DNA of 51,228 nt from an uncultured Mycoplasmatota bacterium (lineage in GTDB: Bacteria; Bacillota_I; Bacilli_A; RF39; UBA660): contig CAMLWC010000004.1 of the NCBI GenBank assembly GCA_946488855.1, positions 1-51,228 of the forward strand, in the 5' to 3' direction. This document shows positions 1-10,471 of this stretch, piece by piece. The position numbers were made by a program, and so were the translations under genes. The notes below the pieces were generated by a model that made no database searches, was not told the DNA's origin, and saw nothing but the letters and a program-made list of their open reading frames with translations. Position 1 is the stretch's first letter. Each line of letters opens with the position of its first letter.

Positions 1-64
1 CAATTACTCATTATCATCAGTTTTTGGTTCCACCAACACTATTTGACAAAGAGCCCTTTTAATT

Positions 65-3000
65 CTAAATATCAAATGTTTCTGTATATTCAATACCATT
101 TACTGTATATGTAACTTTTACTGTATCTGAAAATATTGGCAAAACACTAATCCAAGTATTTCCAATTTTATTGTTCAAAGTAGGATTATACATATCAATC
201 TTTTTTCCATCTGCTTCAACTTTTAAATTAGTTACAGCATTGTTGAAATTGACACTTATATTTAATCCTTTTTTGCCAACATTGACAATTGTTTTATCAT
301 ATACTTTATGACCATCTAAATGCCATCCATCTGCTTGATATTTTAATACATACCATTCAATAGTATAAGCGCCACCTTCATCAACACCATGACTAATTTC
401 ATTTAATGCATCTTTAGTAGATTGCGCTAAATACTTAAATACTTCTTCTTCGCCTAAACCAATGATAACTGGATCAACACCATTTTTAATATCATTAGCT
501 TGTTCTTCAGTTAATCCACTAACATTAATAGTTAAAGATACTTTATTACCTTCTTCATCTTCTAAAGCGTTGTAATAATAATCTGTTGGATAACCTTCTC
601 CATCTACAGGTCTTACATATTGAGGTTTTAAAATATATGCATATGTACCACTAGCTTCTTGTTCTAAATAAATTGGTTTAATTGTAGCATCAGCAGTTAC
701 ATTTTTATAATTTCCTGCCCAACCATTAAATATATAGATTTTTCCATTTGCTTCATATTCTTTAGTAATATTAGGTTCTTTAGCACTTTCACCTTTTTTA
801 ATTTCTTGAGTAGAAATAATTTGATTATCTTTGTCTAAAAATTTAATTATAAAATATACTGGTTTTACTTTAATTGTTACTTCAATACCTTCAACTACAT
901 TATAGTTTTTAGTATCTTCTGGAGTATATATAACAGTAGTTTTATATTCTCCTTCTGTTAAAACTTTTGTAGTACTTTCTTCAAAAGTAAATCCTTCTGG
1001 TAATTCAACATCTCCTAAAGTTTCACCTTCATTAGCTTCTAAATTAGAAGGAATAGTATAACTTGGAGTTGCTTTAAGAATTTTATAATCTTTAGTAGCA
1101 CCAACTAATACATAATTTCCATCAGATGTAACAACTATTGCTGTATAATTTCCAGCATCAATTGCATTTCCATCTTTTACTTTAACAGTATAGTCAATAC
1201 CATTTTCAACTATAGCTGTTGGAATATGCATTTTGCCATCATATGTATAATCGCCTCTATCAATCCAAGTAACTTTTATTTCTTTTGCTACTATTTCATA
1301 TTCAAATGTTGTATTTGTTAATGTATAATTTTTATTTGTTGTACTTGCTAGTGCTGTATATTTTCCTACATCAATTGCATTTCCTTCTTCTACATCAACT
1401 GTTATTTCAATACCATTTTCTGCACCTGCTGTTGGTAATTGTTTTTCACCATTGTATATAAAAGTACCTCTGTCAATCCAATATACTCTAACTTCTTTTG
1501 GACTAATAGTCATTGTTGCTGTTAATGTAATTTCACCATTATAATTTTCATTACCAGTTATAATAGCTTTTACTTCATATTCTCCTACGTCTACTTTATC
1601 ATTATTTTCATAACTTACATTAAAGCCTTCTGGTAAATTATTTACTGATAATGATTTTTCTGTTCCATCATATACAAATGTTTCATCATTAAATTCAATA
1701 CCTAATTCTTTGATGTCTTCTTCTGTTATTGTTTTTGCAATTATTTCATATTCTTGTCTATTATTTGTTAATGTATAATTTTTATTTGTTGTACTTGCTA
1801 CTGCTGTATATTTTCCTACATCAATACCATTTCCACCTTCTACATCAACTGTTATTTCAACACCTTCAACTGGTTGTGGTTTGAATACTTGTTTTTCTCC
1901 ATTATATATAAATGGTCCTCTATCAATCCAAGTTAATCTTATTTCTTTTGGACTAATAGTCATTGTTGCTGTTAATGTAATTTCACCATTATAATTTTCA
2001 TTACCAGTTATAATAGCTTTTACTTCATATTCTCCTACGTCTACTTTATCATTATTTTCATAACTTACATTAAAGCCTTCTGGTAAATTATTTACTGATA
2101 ATGATTTTTCTGTTCCATCATATACAAATGTTTCATCATTAAATTCAATACCTAATTCTTTGATGTCTTCTTCTGTTATTGTTTTTGCAATTATTTCATA
2201 TTCTTGTCTATTATTTGTTAATGTATAATTTTTATTTGTTGTACTTGCTACTGCTGTATATTTTCCTACATCAATACCATTTCCACCTTCTACATCAACT
2301 GTTATTTCAACACCTTCAACTGGTTGTGGTTTGAATACTTGTTTTTCTCCATTATATATAAATGGTCCTCTATCAATCCAAGTTAATCTTATTTCTTTTG
2401 GACTAATAGTCATTGTTGCTGTTAATGTAATTTCACCATTATAATTTTCATTACCAGTTATAATAGCTTTTACTTCATATTCTCCAGCATCTACTTTACC
2501 ATTATTTTCATAACTTATATTAAATTCTTCTGGTAAATTATTTACTGATAATGATTTTTCTGTTCCATCATATATAAATGTTGCACCATTAAATTCGATA
2601 CCTAATTCTTTAATATCTTCTTCTGTTATTGTTTTTGAAGTGATTGAATATACACCATCAACAAATGTAACATTGTAGTTTTCATTTGTCCAAGTACCAG
2701 TAATTGCATATTTACCAGCAGGTGTAGTGTTAGTTACTTCAGTATTTAATTGTACACCAATTTCGTTACCATTATAAGCCATTTCTAAAGCATTTGATGT
2801 TAATGGTTTAACTTCATCTTTATAAATTGCTTCTACATTATTAATAGTAACTGTTACATTTCTTTTTAATACTTCAAATTCAAAATTTTCGGTAGTTTCA
2901 TTATTTAAATTATCTTTTGCTACCACTGTTATTGTATATTTTCCAAATTGATTTGGATTTACATCATTTGTTACTTCAATAGTAACTCCTTCTGTTCCAT

Positions 3001-3646
3001 AAAATTCATCAGTTGCTTTAACACAATCTTCAAAATTAATTAATTCATCATAAACAACCATTGAAGTTGCACATGAACTAAAATCAATTGAAGGATTTTT
3101 ACTATATTCTGGATATTCTTCTTCATCATCTGGATTAGTTCCATTTTCAATTTCTTCTTCATTAGTATAACCATCATTATCGTTATCACCAGTTGGATTT
3201 AATACAATGATAGTTCTTGTAGCTGTAGTTGTATGTCCTGCTTTATCACTAGTTGTATATGTGATTGTATGTGTTCCAACTTCTAATTTAGTTGTATCAG
3301 TAATAGATGCTGTAACACTTACTACATCATTATCATCACTTGCTTTAACACCAGTCATGACATCATAATTTTGACCAAACAAAATTGTTACTGTTTTTGG
3401 ATTAATTTCGATTACTGGTGCTTCATCAACATTAATCACTGGACGATCATTATTGTCTTCTTCTTGTTCATCATCTTGTTCTTCATCTTTATTGTCATCT
3501 TGTTCATTATCAGTATCTTTATCTTCTTCACCTTGGCCTGGCACTTCTACTGGATCTAATGTAGATGGAGCTGGATTAGCAAATGTAAAGATAAATAAGC
3601 CTAATAAAATAAATAATATAATTGCTATAATTTTCTTTTTATCCAT
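65..3646 (-). CDS. Large repeat-rich cell-surface protein (signal-anchor, acidic linker, Ig-like DUF5011-type domains, MBG/YDG-type repeats)
   Basis: 1193-aa ORF. It has an N-terminal hydrophobic segment IIAIILFILLGLFIFTF and a D/E/N/Q-rich linker. Two ~75-aa segments resemble DUF5011 Ig-like folds (GTHTITYTTSDKAGHTTTATRTIIVL; GKYTITVVAKDNLNNETTENFEFEVL). An Asp-rich loop DNDNDGYTNEEEIENGTNPDD is followed by repeated F-x-YDGTEK...G-x-Y...NY units typical of MBG repeats. There is no C-terminal LPXTG. GGGAGG SD upstream of the ATG. Confidence 0.8.
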   Translation of the reverse strand: MDKKKIIAIILFILLGLFIFTFANPAPSTLDPVEVPGQGEEDKDTDNEQDDNKDEEQDDEQEEDNNDRPVINVDEAPVIEINPKTVTILFGQNYDVMTGVKASDDNDVVSVTASITDTTKLEVGTHTITYTTSDKAGHTTTATRTIIVLNPTGDNDNDGYTNEEEIENGTNPDDEEEYPEYSKNPSIDFSSCATSMVVYDELINFEDCVKATDEFYGTEGVTIEVTNDVNPNQFGKYTITVVAKDNLNNETTENFEFEVLKRNVTVTINNVEAIYKDEVKPLTSNALEMAYNGNEIGVQLNTEVTNTTPAGKYAITGTWTNENYNVTFVDGVYSITSKTITEEDIKELGIEFNGATFIYDGTEKSLSVNNLPEEFNISYENNGKVDAGEYEVKAIITGNENYNGEITLTATMTISPKEIRLTWIDRGPFIYNGEKQVFKPQPVEGVEITVDVEGGNGIDVGKYTAVASTTNKNYTLTNNRQEYEIIAKTITEEDIKELGIEFNDETFVYDGTEKSLSVNNLPEGFNVSYENNDKVDVGEYEVKAIITGNENYNGEITLTATMTISPKEIRLTWIDRGPFIYNGEKQVFKPQPVEGVEITVDVEGGNGIDVGKYTAVASTTNKNYTLTNNRQEYEIIAKTITEEDIKELGIEFNDETFVYDGTEKSLSVNNLPEGFNVSYENNDKVDVGEYEVKAIITGNENYNGEITLTATMTISPKEVRVYWIDRGTFIYNGEKQLPTAGAENGIEITVDVEEGNAIDVGKYTALASTTNKNYTLTNTTFEYEIVAKEIKVTWIDRGDYTYDGKMHIPTAIVENGIDYTVKVKDGNAIDAGNYTAIVVTSDGNYVLVGATKDYKILKATPSYTIPSNLEANEGETLGDVELPEGFTFEESTTKVLTEGEYKTTVIYTPEDTKNYNVVEGIEVTIKVKPVYFIIKFLDKDNQIISTQEIKKGESAKEPNITKEYEANGKIYIFNGWAGNYKNVTADATIKPIYLEQEASGTYAYILKPQYVRPVDGEGYPTDYYYNALEDEEGNKVSLTINVSGLTEEQANDIKNGVDPVIIGLGEEEVFKYLAQSTKDALNEISHGVDEGGAYTIEWYVLKYQADGWHLDGHKVYDKTIVNVGKKGLNISVNFNNAVTNLKVEADGKKIDMYNPTLNNKIGNTWISVLPIFSDTVKVTYTVNGIEYTETFDI
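1286..2635 (-). repeat. Three tandem 450-bp (150-aa) coding repeat units inside the surface protein gene
   Basis: Unit N-termini (KTITEEDIK, plus-strand tgttattgtttt) occur at 2635, 2185 and 1735, i.e. an exact 450-bp period. By eye, roughly 1494-2036 is base-for-base identical to 1944-2486. Confidence 0.9.
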
Positions 3647-3661
3647 TTTTCCTTACCTCCC

Positions 3662-3979
3662 TTAATTTTCTCTCATTCCTATAAAGAATGGACCGAATTG
3701 ACGACCATTACTGAAAGAACTTCTGTTATAGTTATAAACTTTATAACCTAAACCAACACATTCTTCTACAGTACCATCATCAAATGTATGTGTTTTTTTG
3801 CTTATGCAGAATACTGGATCTTTATCATTTTTAACATTAATAAAATCAGTTAACCAAATGATTGCTAAACCAATAATAACTATCCAAAAAACAACATCAA
3901 AAATTCTTTTAGCAATACTTGTTTTCTCAGTGTTTTTCTTTTCAGTTACTTTTTCTTTCTTTTCCACAAAACTCACCAC
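3662..3979 (-). CDS. Small single-pass membrane protein, unknown function (first gene of the surface protein operon)
   Basis: 105-aa ORF with a Lys/Glu-rich N-terminus and one TM helix (FDVVFWIVIIGLAIIWL). Its stop lies 16 nt upstream of the giant ORF start. Confidence 0.55.
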   Translation of the reverse strand: MVSFVEKKEKVTEKKNTEKTSIAKRIFDVVFWIVIIGLAIIWLTDFINVKNDKDPVFCISKKTHTFDDGTVEECVGLGYKVYNYNRSSFSNGRQFGPFFIGMREN

Positions 3980-4010
3980 CTCTCAAAGCACGTATTCTCC
4001 AACAACATAT

Positions 4011-4038
4011 ATTCTACCTAATTTTAAAAATTTGTCAA
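4011..4038 (-). promoter_or_regulatory. Sigma-A-like promoter for the membrane protein/surface protein operon
   Basis: The minus strand reads TTGACA (4038-4033), 16-nt spacer, TAGAAT (4016-4011), about 30 nt upstream of the 3979 start. Confidence 0.4.
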
Positions 4039-4189
4039 GTTTTGTTATTTATTTTTGTAAATAAAATATAACAAAAAGCTAATTTAATTGCCTATTTTAT
4101 AATATTTTTAAAAAAATAAGATGTTACAACATAAATATATTTTATTATAACATCAAATATGTGCTATAATATTAAAGGAGGATAGAAAT

Positions 4190-4978
4190 ATGAATTTAAA
4201 TAATAAAATTGCCATTGTCACTGGTGGCGCTATGGGAAATGGCTATGGAATAGCAGAAGTATTTTTAAAATTAGGTGCAACTGTTGTAATACTTGATTAT
4301 TCAGATAAATTAGCTGAATCTTTAAATAAACTTAGTGTTATATCTAAAAATGTAATTGGATACAAAGTTGATATTACAAATAAAGATTTAGTTAATAAAA
4401 TAATTGAAGATGTTTATAAAAGATTTAACAAAATTGATATTTTAGTAAATAATGCTGGAGTTGCTAAATTAGTAAGATTTGAAGATATAACTGATGAAAT
4501 AAGAGATTTTCACATTGATATAAACATTAAAGGAACTTGGAATGTTACTAAAGCTGTTTATCCTTATATGATTAAAAACAATTATGGAAAAATAGTTAAT
4601 TTATCTAGTGTTACAGGTCCTAAAGTTGCTGATCCAGGTGAAGTTGCTTACGCTACTACTAAAGCTGCACTAATCGGTTTTACTAAAAGTTTAGCCATGG
4701 AAGGAGCTAGTCACAATATAACAGTTAATGCTATTATGCCAGGTTACATTATGACACCGATGGTTGAAGGAATAGCTAAAGATAGTGATGCTAATAATCC
4801 GGATAACGTAATAAAAGGAATTGCTGATGGAATTCCTATGAAAAGATTAGGCACAATCGAAGAATTAGGTAATTTAGCAGCTTTCTTAGCTAGTGATTTA
4901 TCAAATTATATAACAGGTTCTGAATTTGTTATTGATGGTGCTTCAACTTTACCAGAAACAAGAAGTGTTGGAGTATAA
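4190..4978 (+). CDS. Short-chain dehydrogenase/reductase (FabG/UcpA-like oxidoreductase)
   Basis: TGGAMGNG Rossmann motif, NNAG, catalytic S...YATTK, length 262 aa. AGGAGG SD, and TGCTATAAT extended -10 upstream. Confidence 0.85.
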   Translation: MNLNNKIAIVTGGAMGNGYGIAEVFLKLGATVVILDYSDKLAESLNKLSVISKNVIGYKVDITNKDLVNKIIEDVYKRFNKIDILVNNAGVAKLVRFEDITDEIRDFHIDINIKGTWNVTKAVYPYMIKNNYGKIVNLSSVTGPKVADPGEVAYATTKAALIGFTKSLAMEGASHNITVNAIMPGYIMTPMVEGIAKDSDANNPDNVIKGIADGIPMKRLGTIEELGNLAAFLASDLSNYITGSEFVIDGASTLPETRSVGV

Positions 4979-4989
4979 AAAAAGAGTCT

Positions 4990-7260
4990 TTAAACTCTTA
5001 AATATTCAAGTGTTTTTATATGAACACTTTTTTTATTATCAATAATTTTATCAATTATAGTATTTTCTAACTTATCTTTAATTATCTTATCTATTTTTCT
5101 AGCACCAAATTCATTATAATTACTTAATTTAATAATATCATTAATTACAGTATCATCTATTTTTATCTTTATATTTTTATATTTTTTTATTAAATTATTT
5201 ATTCTCATATCAATAATTTTTTTTATATCTTCTTCATTTAATCTATTAAATGAAATAATATTATCAATTCTATTAATAAATGGGATACTAAAATATTCTT
5301 TTAATTTAGTTAAATCATCATTATTTTTATTAAATCCAACATTTATTTCATCAAAACCTATATTAGATGTCATTATTATAATTACATTATTAAAATAAAC
5401 ATCTACTCCTTTTGAATCTTTTATTTTCCCATTATCTAATATTTGGAATAATAAATTAATTATTGTTTGATTAGTTCTTTCAATTTCATCTAATATTAAA
5501 ACGGAAAATGGTTTATTTCTTATTTCTTCTAAAATAGTTTTATTATCACTATATCCAATATAACCAGGAGGAGCTCCTAAAAATTTACTAACACTATGAG
5601 GCTCACTAAATTCACTCATATCTAATCTTATTACATTATCTCCTACTAGTGACTTACCAAAAACTTTAGCTAATTCTGTTTTACCAACACCAGAAGGACC
5701 CGCAAATAATAATGAATAACATTTATCATCTTTATAACCTAATTTTATTTTTTTAGCTATATTACTAACTTCTTTAATTGCTTTATCTTGACCTATTATA
5801 ACTTTTAAATCATCATTTATTTTATTAATATCATTTTGACTTAATATTTCATAAACAGGAATTTTAGTCTTAGAATTAATAACATTAGCTACTTCTTCTA
5901 TAGTTACTTCATTTTTATTTTTATTACATAAAGTAAGTTCTAAATTATTTATTTTATCCATTAAAATAAATTCTTTTTCTTTGTATGATGTTGCTTTTTT
6001 AAAATCATTATTACTTACTGCTTCATTTTTATTTTTAATTAAATTTTGTAATTGTTTATTTAATTTATTATATTCTATTAATTCTTTACTTTCTTTTAAA
6101 CTACTTTTCGCACAAACTTCATCCAAAATATCAATTGATTTATCAGGTTGATTTCGATCAAACACATATTTATCAGATAATTCAATTATTTTATCAATTA
6201 TTGAATCGTTTATAATTACATGATGATAGTTCTCATATATTGGTTTTAATTTTAATAGTATTTGTTTAACAACTTCTTTATTAGGTATTTCAACATTAAC
6301 TTTTTGAAATCTTCGTTCTAAAGCTTTATCACTTTCAATAAATTTTTTATATTCACTAATTGTAGTAGCTCCAATACATCTTAATTTATTTCTAGCTAAA
6401 GCTGGTTTAAATATATTAGAAGCATCAATAGCGCCTTCTGCACCACCTGCTCCTACTAAAGTATGTATTTCATCAATAAATAAAATTATATCATCATTAT
6501 CTTCTACTTCTTTTAATATTTTTCTTACTCTTTCTTCAAATTCACCACGATATTTAGTACCTGCCACTAAAGTAGCCATATCTAAACTTATAATTCTTTT
6601 AGTTTTTAAATTATTCGGTACATCACCACTAGCGATCATTCTACTTAATTCTTCAACAATAGCAGTTTTACCAACTCCAGCCTCACCTATTAATAATGGA
6701 TTATTTTTAGTTCTCCTTGATAATATTTCAATCATTCTTTTTATTTCTTTATCTCTTCCTATAACAGGATCTAATTCATTAGCCTTACTAGTTAAATCAG
6801 TACCTAATTCTTCTAACAGTAATTTTTTCTTTTTTGGTTTAAATATTTTATAACTAAACTCATTATATAATTTATCTAAATCAACATTTAAACTAAGTAG
6901 TATTCTAATTGCTACCCCTTCACCTTCTTCTAACAGATTAGAAAATAAAGATTCAATAGTTACTTCACTATTTTTTTCTTTACAATCTAACATCGCATTT
7001 TCCATAATTCTTTTTAGCATTGGTGTATATAAAAACCATTCACTTTGTTTAGTACCTATCCCCAAAGTTTCAATTATTTTATTTTTAAATTTATCATAAT
7101 CTAAATTATATTGTTTTAATTTTTTAGAAACATTATTTTTAGATTTTAAAATAGCTAATAATAAATGTTCACTTCCTACATAAGGATGCCTTAATTCCAT
7201 CATTTCTTCTTTTGCATTAATTAATATTTTTCTAGCTTCTTCGGTAAATTGTCCAAACAT
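4990..7260 (-). CDS. clpC: ATP-dependent Clp protease ATP-binding subunit, ClpC-type AAA+ chaperone
   Basis: Clp_N repeat (HPYVGSEHLLLAIL). Two AAA+ modules with Walker A GEAGVGKT and GPSGVGKT and Walker B FIDEIH / ILDEIE. 756 aa. Confidence 0.85.
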   Translation of the reverse strand: MFGQFTEEARKILINAKEEMMELRHPYVGSEHLLLAILKSKNNVSKKLKQYNLDYDKFKNKIIETLGIGTKQSEWFLYTPMLKRIMENAMLDCKEKNSEVTIESLFSNLLEEGEGVAIRILLSLNVDLDKLYNEFSYKIFKPKKKKLLLEELGTDLTSKANELDPVIGRDKEIKRMIEILSRRTKNNPLLIGEAGVGKTAIVEELSRMIASGDVPNNLKTKRIISLDMATLVAGTKYRGEFEERVRKILKEVEDNDDIILFIDEIHTLVGAGGAEGAIDASNIFKPALARNKLRCIGATTISEYKKFIESDKALERRFQKVNVEIPNKEVVKQILLKLKPIYENYHHVIINDSIIDKIIELSDKYVFDRNQPDKSIDILDEVCAKSSLKESKELIEYNKLNKQLQNLIKNKNEAVSNNDFKKATSYKEKEFILMDKINNLELTLCNKNKNEVTIEEVANVINSKTKIPVYEILSQNDINKINDDLKVIIGQDKAIKEVSNIAKKIKLGYKDDKCYSLLFAGPSGVGKTELAKVFGKSLVGDNVIRLDMSEFSEPHSVSKFLGAPPGYIGYSDNKTILEEIRNKPFSVLILDEIERTNQTIINLLFQILDNGKIKDSKGVDVYFNNVIIIMTSNIGFDEINVGFNKNNDDLTKLKEYFSIPFINRIDNIISFNRLNEEDIKKIIDMRINNLIKKYKNIKIKIDDTVINDIIKLSNYNEFGARKIDKIIKDKLENTIIDKIIDNKKSVHIKTLEYLRV

Positions 7261-7333
7261 ATTTTCCCTCCTAATATTATTCTATGTTAATATTGAGGAT
7301 ATTTAATAAATTTTATACAACAAAAAACAAGAA

Positions 7334-7720
7334 TTATTTTATTCTTGTCATTTCTGTATATAATATTCTTAAATCCTTTTTATTTTCAGGACTCATTCTT
7401 GAAAAATCTAATCTTAATTGATAACCGCTATCAAATGATATTAGTAATTTAGCTTTTGATCCACCAAACATAATTGCACTAGTAGATATATTCTTATAAG
7501 GTAAAATATGTATTTTTTTATTTTTTGTATAGGGAGTAACATCAAATAAAATCATTCTTTTATCAGTAAACACTGCTCTATCACGGGAAGTTCTATAAGC
7601 AGCAATAATATTTTCGTTATCTAAAACATAATCTAATACATATTTAGGTAATTCACCTATTTCTATTTTCTTATTAAAATTAAAATATTTTGTTAATTCT
7701 TTAAATTTAATATATGCCAT
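7334..7720 (-). CDS. Bacterial PH-domain protein (YokE-like)
   Basis: 128-aa ORF. The pattern AAYRTSRDRAVFTDKRMILFDV...ISTSAIMFGG...LRLDF resembles bacterial PH (bPH) family members. Confidence 0.5.
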   Translation of the reverse strand: MAYIKFKELTKYFNFNKKIEIGELPKYVLDYVLDNENIIAAYRTSRDRAVFTDKRMILFDVTPYTKNKKIHILPYKNISTSAIMFGGSKAKLLISFDSGYQLRLDFSRMSPENKKDLRILYTEMTRIK

Positions 7721-7727
7721 AAAACAC

Positions 7728-8261
7728 CTACTTCACTAATTTAAATCCATTTAAAGGCCAAATTCTTATAAATACCTTACCAATAATATCTTCTTTTTTT
7801 ATTAATCCAACTTCTTTGTTTCTACTATCCAAAGAATTTCCTCTATTATCTCCCAAAACTAAATACATATCATCTGGTATTTTATCATAACCCAAATCCT
7901 TTAAATCAAAATCTTCCGTTACTAATCCTTCAACTATATTTTCTTTATAAGGATTACCATTAATATACAATATATTATCTTTATAGTATATTGATTCTCC
8001 TGGTAAACCAATTACTCTTTTAATTAAATATTTACTACCATCATATTTTAATGACACAACATCATTACGTTTAACATCAAATAAATAATAATGAAATTTG
8101 TTTAATATTAAAACATCTCCTTCATTTAATGTTGGTTGCATAGAAGGTCCTACTACTTGTTGTAGTGTAACAACGTATAATACAATTACTAAAACAACAA
8201 CTATAACAATAAGATACTTTAAAGTATCTTTAAAAAATTCTGTTATTTCTCTAAAATCCAT
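7728..8261 (-). CDS. lepB: Signal peptidase I (S26 family)
   Basis: N-terminal TM, then GPSMQPTL (Ser nucleophile box), KRVIGLPGE (Lys box) and GDNRGNSLDSR. Confidence 0.9.
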   Translation of the reverse strand: MDFREITEFFKDTLKYLIVIVVVLVIVLYVVTLQQVVGPSMQPTLNEGDVLILNKFHYYLFDVKRNDVVSLKYDGSKYLIKRVIGLPGESIYYKDNILYINGNPYKENIVEGLVTEDFDLKDLGYDKIPDDMYLVLGDNRGNSLDSRNKEVGLIKKEDIIGKVFIRIWPLNGFKLVK

Positions 8262-8314
8262 AATATCGCTTCCTATATAAATATTATTACTAAATATGGC
8301 CTAAAAGTCAATAT

Positions 8315-10468
8315 TTATTCATTTTGTTTCAAAATTAATTTTATTTTATCAGTTATTTTTTCTCCGGTTTTAATACTTTGTTCAGTTACAAAACCATATC
8401 CTTCTATTTCATAATCTACATCTAATAAATTAAGTAATGAAATACTTTCTATTCTTGAATATCCAATTAATGATGGCATTTTTATATCATTATCATTTGT
8501 TAATAAAAATATTTTATCATTTGTTACTAAAATAGTATTTTTAGGATATTGATCAATTATTTTATCACCTTCACCTAATGATATAACATTTAATCCTTTA
8601 TTTTTTAATTCTTTAACTACTTCTTCAGTATTTAAATTAACATAACTACTAACTTCTATTTTTTTACTACCATCAATATTTTCTTTACTACTTATTAATC
8701 CTTTATATTTAGCGATAGATTCCATAATTGAACGAGTCATAGTTTTTAAACCAATATTAGAACCATTATTAGGTCTTTTAATAGAAGCAAATATAATTAT
8801 TTCAGGATCATCTTTCGGAAACATACCTGAAAAAGAATATAATTTATCTAACCATCCTGTTAAATATCCACCATTTTTTTCATCATATATTTCTGCTGTA
8901 CCAGTTTTACCTATAACATCTAATCCTTCAATCATATAAGCAGTTCCTATAGCCCCACCTTCAACGTCATTAACTGCATTATACATTAATTGCTTTATTT
9001 GCTCTACTGTATTGTGACTTACTATTCTATCACTTTTTTTAATTTCTCTTTCATATGTAGTTTTACCATTACTTACAATTTTGCTAACTATATTAGGTTT
9101 TACCATATAACCATCATTAGCTACAATACTTAAAGCTTGTAATTGTTGAATTGGTGTTATAGTGATACCTTGTCCATATGACGCAGCTGCTACCTCAACT
9201 GGATAATTAAATACTAAACTACCACTTAATTCTCTAGGTAATTCAATACCAGTTGTACTACCAAATCCATAATTAGTTAAACATTGTTTTAAATCATCTT
9301 TTGTTAAAAAATTCTGCATTATATTAACTGTTCCTACATTACTAGACATTTCAAAACCGTGATCATAAGTAATTTCTCCCCAACCTACTTTATTCCAATC
9401 ATATATCTTGGTTCCCTCAATATCAATGCTTCCAGATTGATATGTTTGATTACCTACATAAGTACCTTTTTCCATAGCACACATATAAGTAAATATTTTC
9501 ATAACGCTTCCTGGTTCATAAACAAAAGAAGTTAATGGATTCTCATAATTAGTTAAATTTAATTTATTTGGGTCAAAAGATGGTTCAGAAACAGATCCTA
9601 ATATATCTCCTGTTTTAGCATCCATTACATTTACTGTTACCCATTCTGGTTCATATTTATCAACTACTTTATTTACCTCTGCTTCTAATATTCTTTGTAT
9701 ATTTGCATCTAGTGTTAAATAAATATCACTACCATCAACAGCCGGTACATTTTCTTCTGGTGTATCTGGAATTTTATACCCATATCTATCTTGTTGATAA
9801 CTAACATAACCATTTATACCCTTTAATATTTCATCATATTTTACTTCAATTCCTAATTCGCCTTGAATAACAACTTCTGTTTTAGTAACATCATCAACAA
9901 CAACTTCAACTTCATTTTTTTTAGCATACCCAATGATATAAGAAGCAAAATCACCATTTGGATAATATCTTTTATAACTTTCAATAAAATCAATTCCTGG
10001 TAAATTTAAATCTTCAATTTGTTTTTTTAATATTTCAGTTATTCCTCTTCCACCAGGACCTAACTCAACTTGATAAGCTTCTTTATTTAATAATTCTAAT
10101 AAAACATCTACATCCATGTTTAATAGAGGTGCTAAAGCTTTAGCAGTTCCTTCCTTATCTTTAACATGATATAAAGTAGTAGAAGATCCTGTTCTACTTT
10201 CATCCAAATAAGCAATTACCGTATAACTAGATACATCGGTAGCTAAAACATCACCTTTTGAATCATAAATAGTTCCTCTTTTAGCATGTAAAGTAGAAGA
10301 ATAAGTATTACGGTTGGAAGCAAACTCTTTCATATTTATACCATATACATTTGGTGATAAAGATAAATATAAATATTGCAAAAATAAAACAAAAATAAAA
10401 ACAAGAAATATACAGAATACTGTCATTGGAGTTTTCCACTTTATACTTCTTGTTTTCATATTATTCAC
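8315..10468 (-). CDS. Class B penicillin-binding protein (PBP2B/FtsI-type) with C-terminal PASTA repeats
   Basis: N-terminal TM. Transpeptidase motifs GSVMK (SxxK), SSN, KTGT. Two PASTA-like repeats at the C-terminus. Sits directly downstream of ftsL. Confidence 0.9.
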   Translation of the reverse strand: MNNMKTRSIKWKTPMTVFCIFLVFIFVLFLQYLYLSLSPNVYGINMKEFASNRNTYSSTLHAKRGTIYDSKGDVLATDVSSYTVIAYLDESRTGSSTTLYHVKDKEGTAKALAPLLNMDVDVLLELLNKEAYQVELGPGGRGITEILKKQIEDLNLPGIDFIESYKRYYPNGDFASYIIGYAKKNEVEVVVDDVTKTEVVIQGELGIEVKYDEILKGINGYVSYQQDRYGYKIPDTPEENVPAVDGSDIYLTLDANIQRILEAEVNKVVDKYEPEWVTVNVMDAKTGDILGSVSEPSFDPNKLNLTNYENPLTSFVYEPGSVMKIFTYMCAMEKGTYVGNQTYQSGSIDIEGTKIYDWNKVGWGEITYDHGFEMSSNVGTVNIMQNFLTKDDLKQCLTNYGFGSTTGIELPRELSGSLVFNYPVEVAAASYGQGITITPIQQLQALSIVANDGYMVKPNIVSKIVSNGKTTYEREIKKSDRIVSHNTVEQIKQLMYNAVNDVEGGAIGTAYMIEGLDVIGKTGTAEIYDEKNGGYLTGWLDKLYSFSGMFPKDDPEIIIFASIKRPNNGSNIGLKTMTRSIMESIAKYKGLISSKENIDGSKKIEVSSYVNLNTEEVVKELKNKGLNVISLGEGDKIIDQYPKNTILVTNDKIFLLTNDNDIKMPSLIGYSRIESISLLNLLDVDYEIEGYGFVTEQSIKTGEKITDKIKLILKQNE

Positions 10469-10471
10469 CTC

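Noticed and set aside
1286-2635. Possibility that the regular repeats (here and at 36699-36959) form a CRISPR array
   Set aside because: The units are 450 bp and 9/27 bp and are in frame inside long ORFs with no unique spacers. The window also has no cas genes.
3371-3665. Plus-strand ORFs (62 and 70 aa) antisense to the acidic linker of the surface protein gene
   Set aside because: They are low-complexity Ser/Cys/Phe/Ile strings produced by the reverse complement of D/E/N/K codons. They have no SD or promoter.
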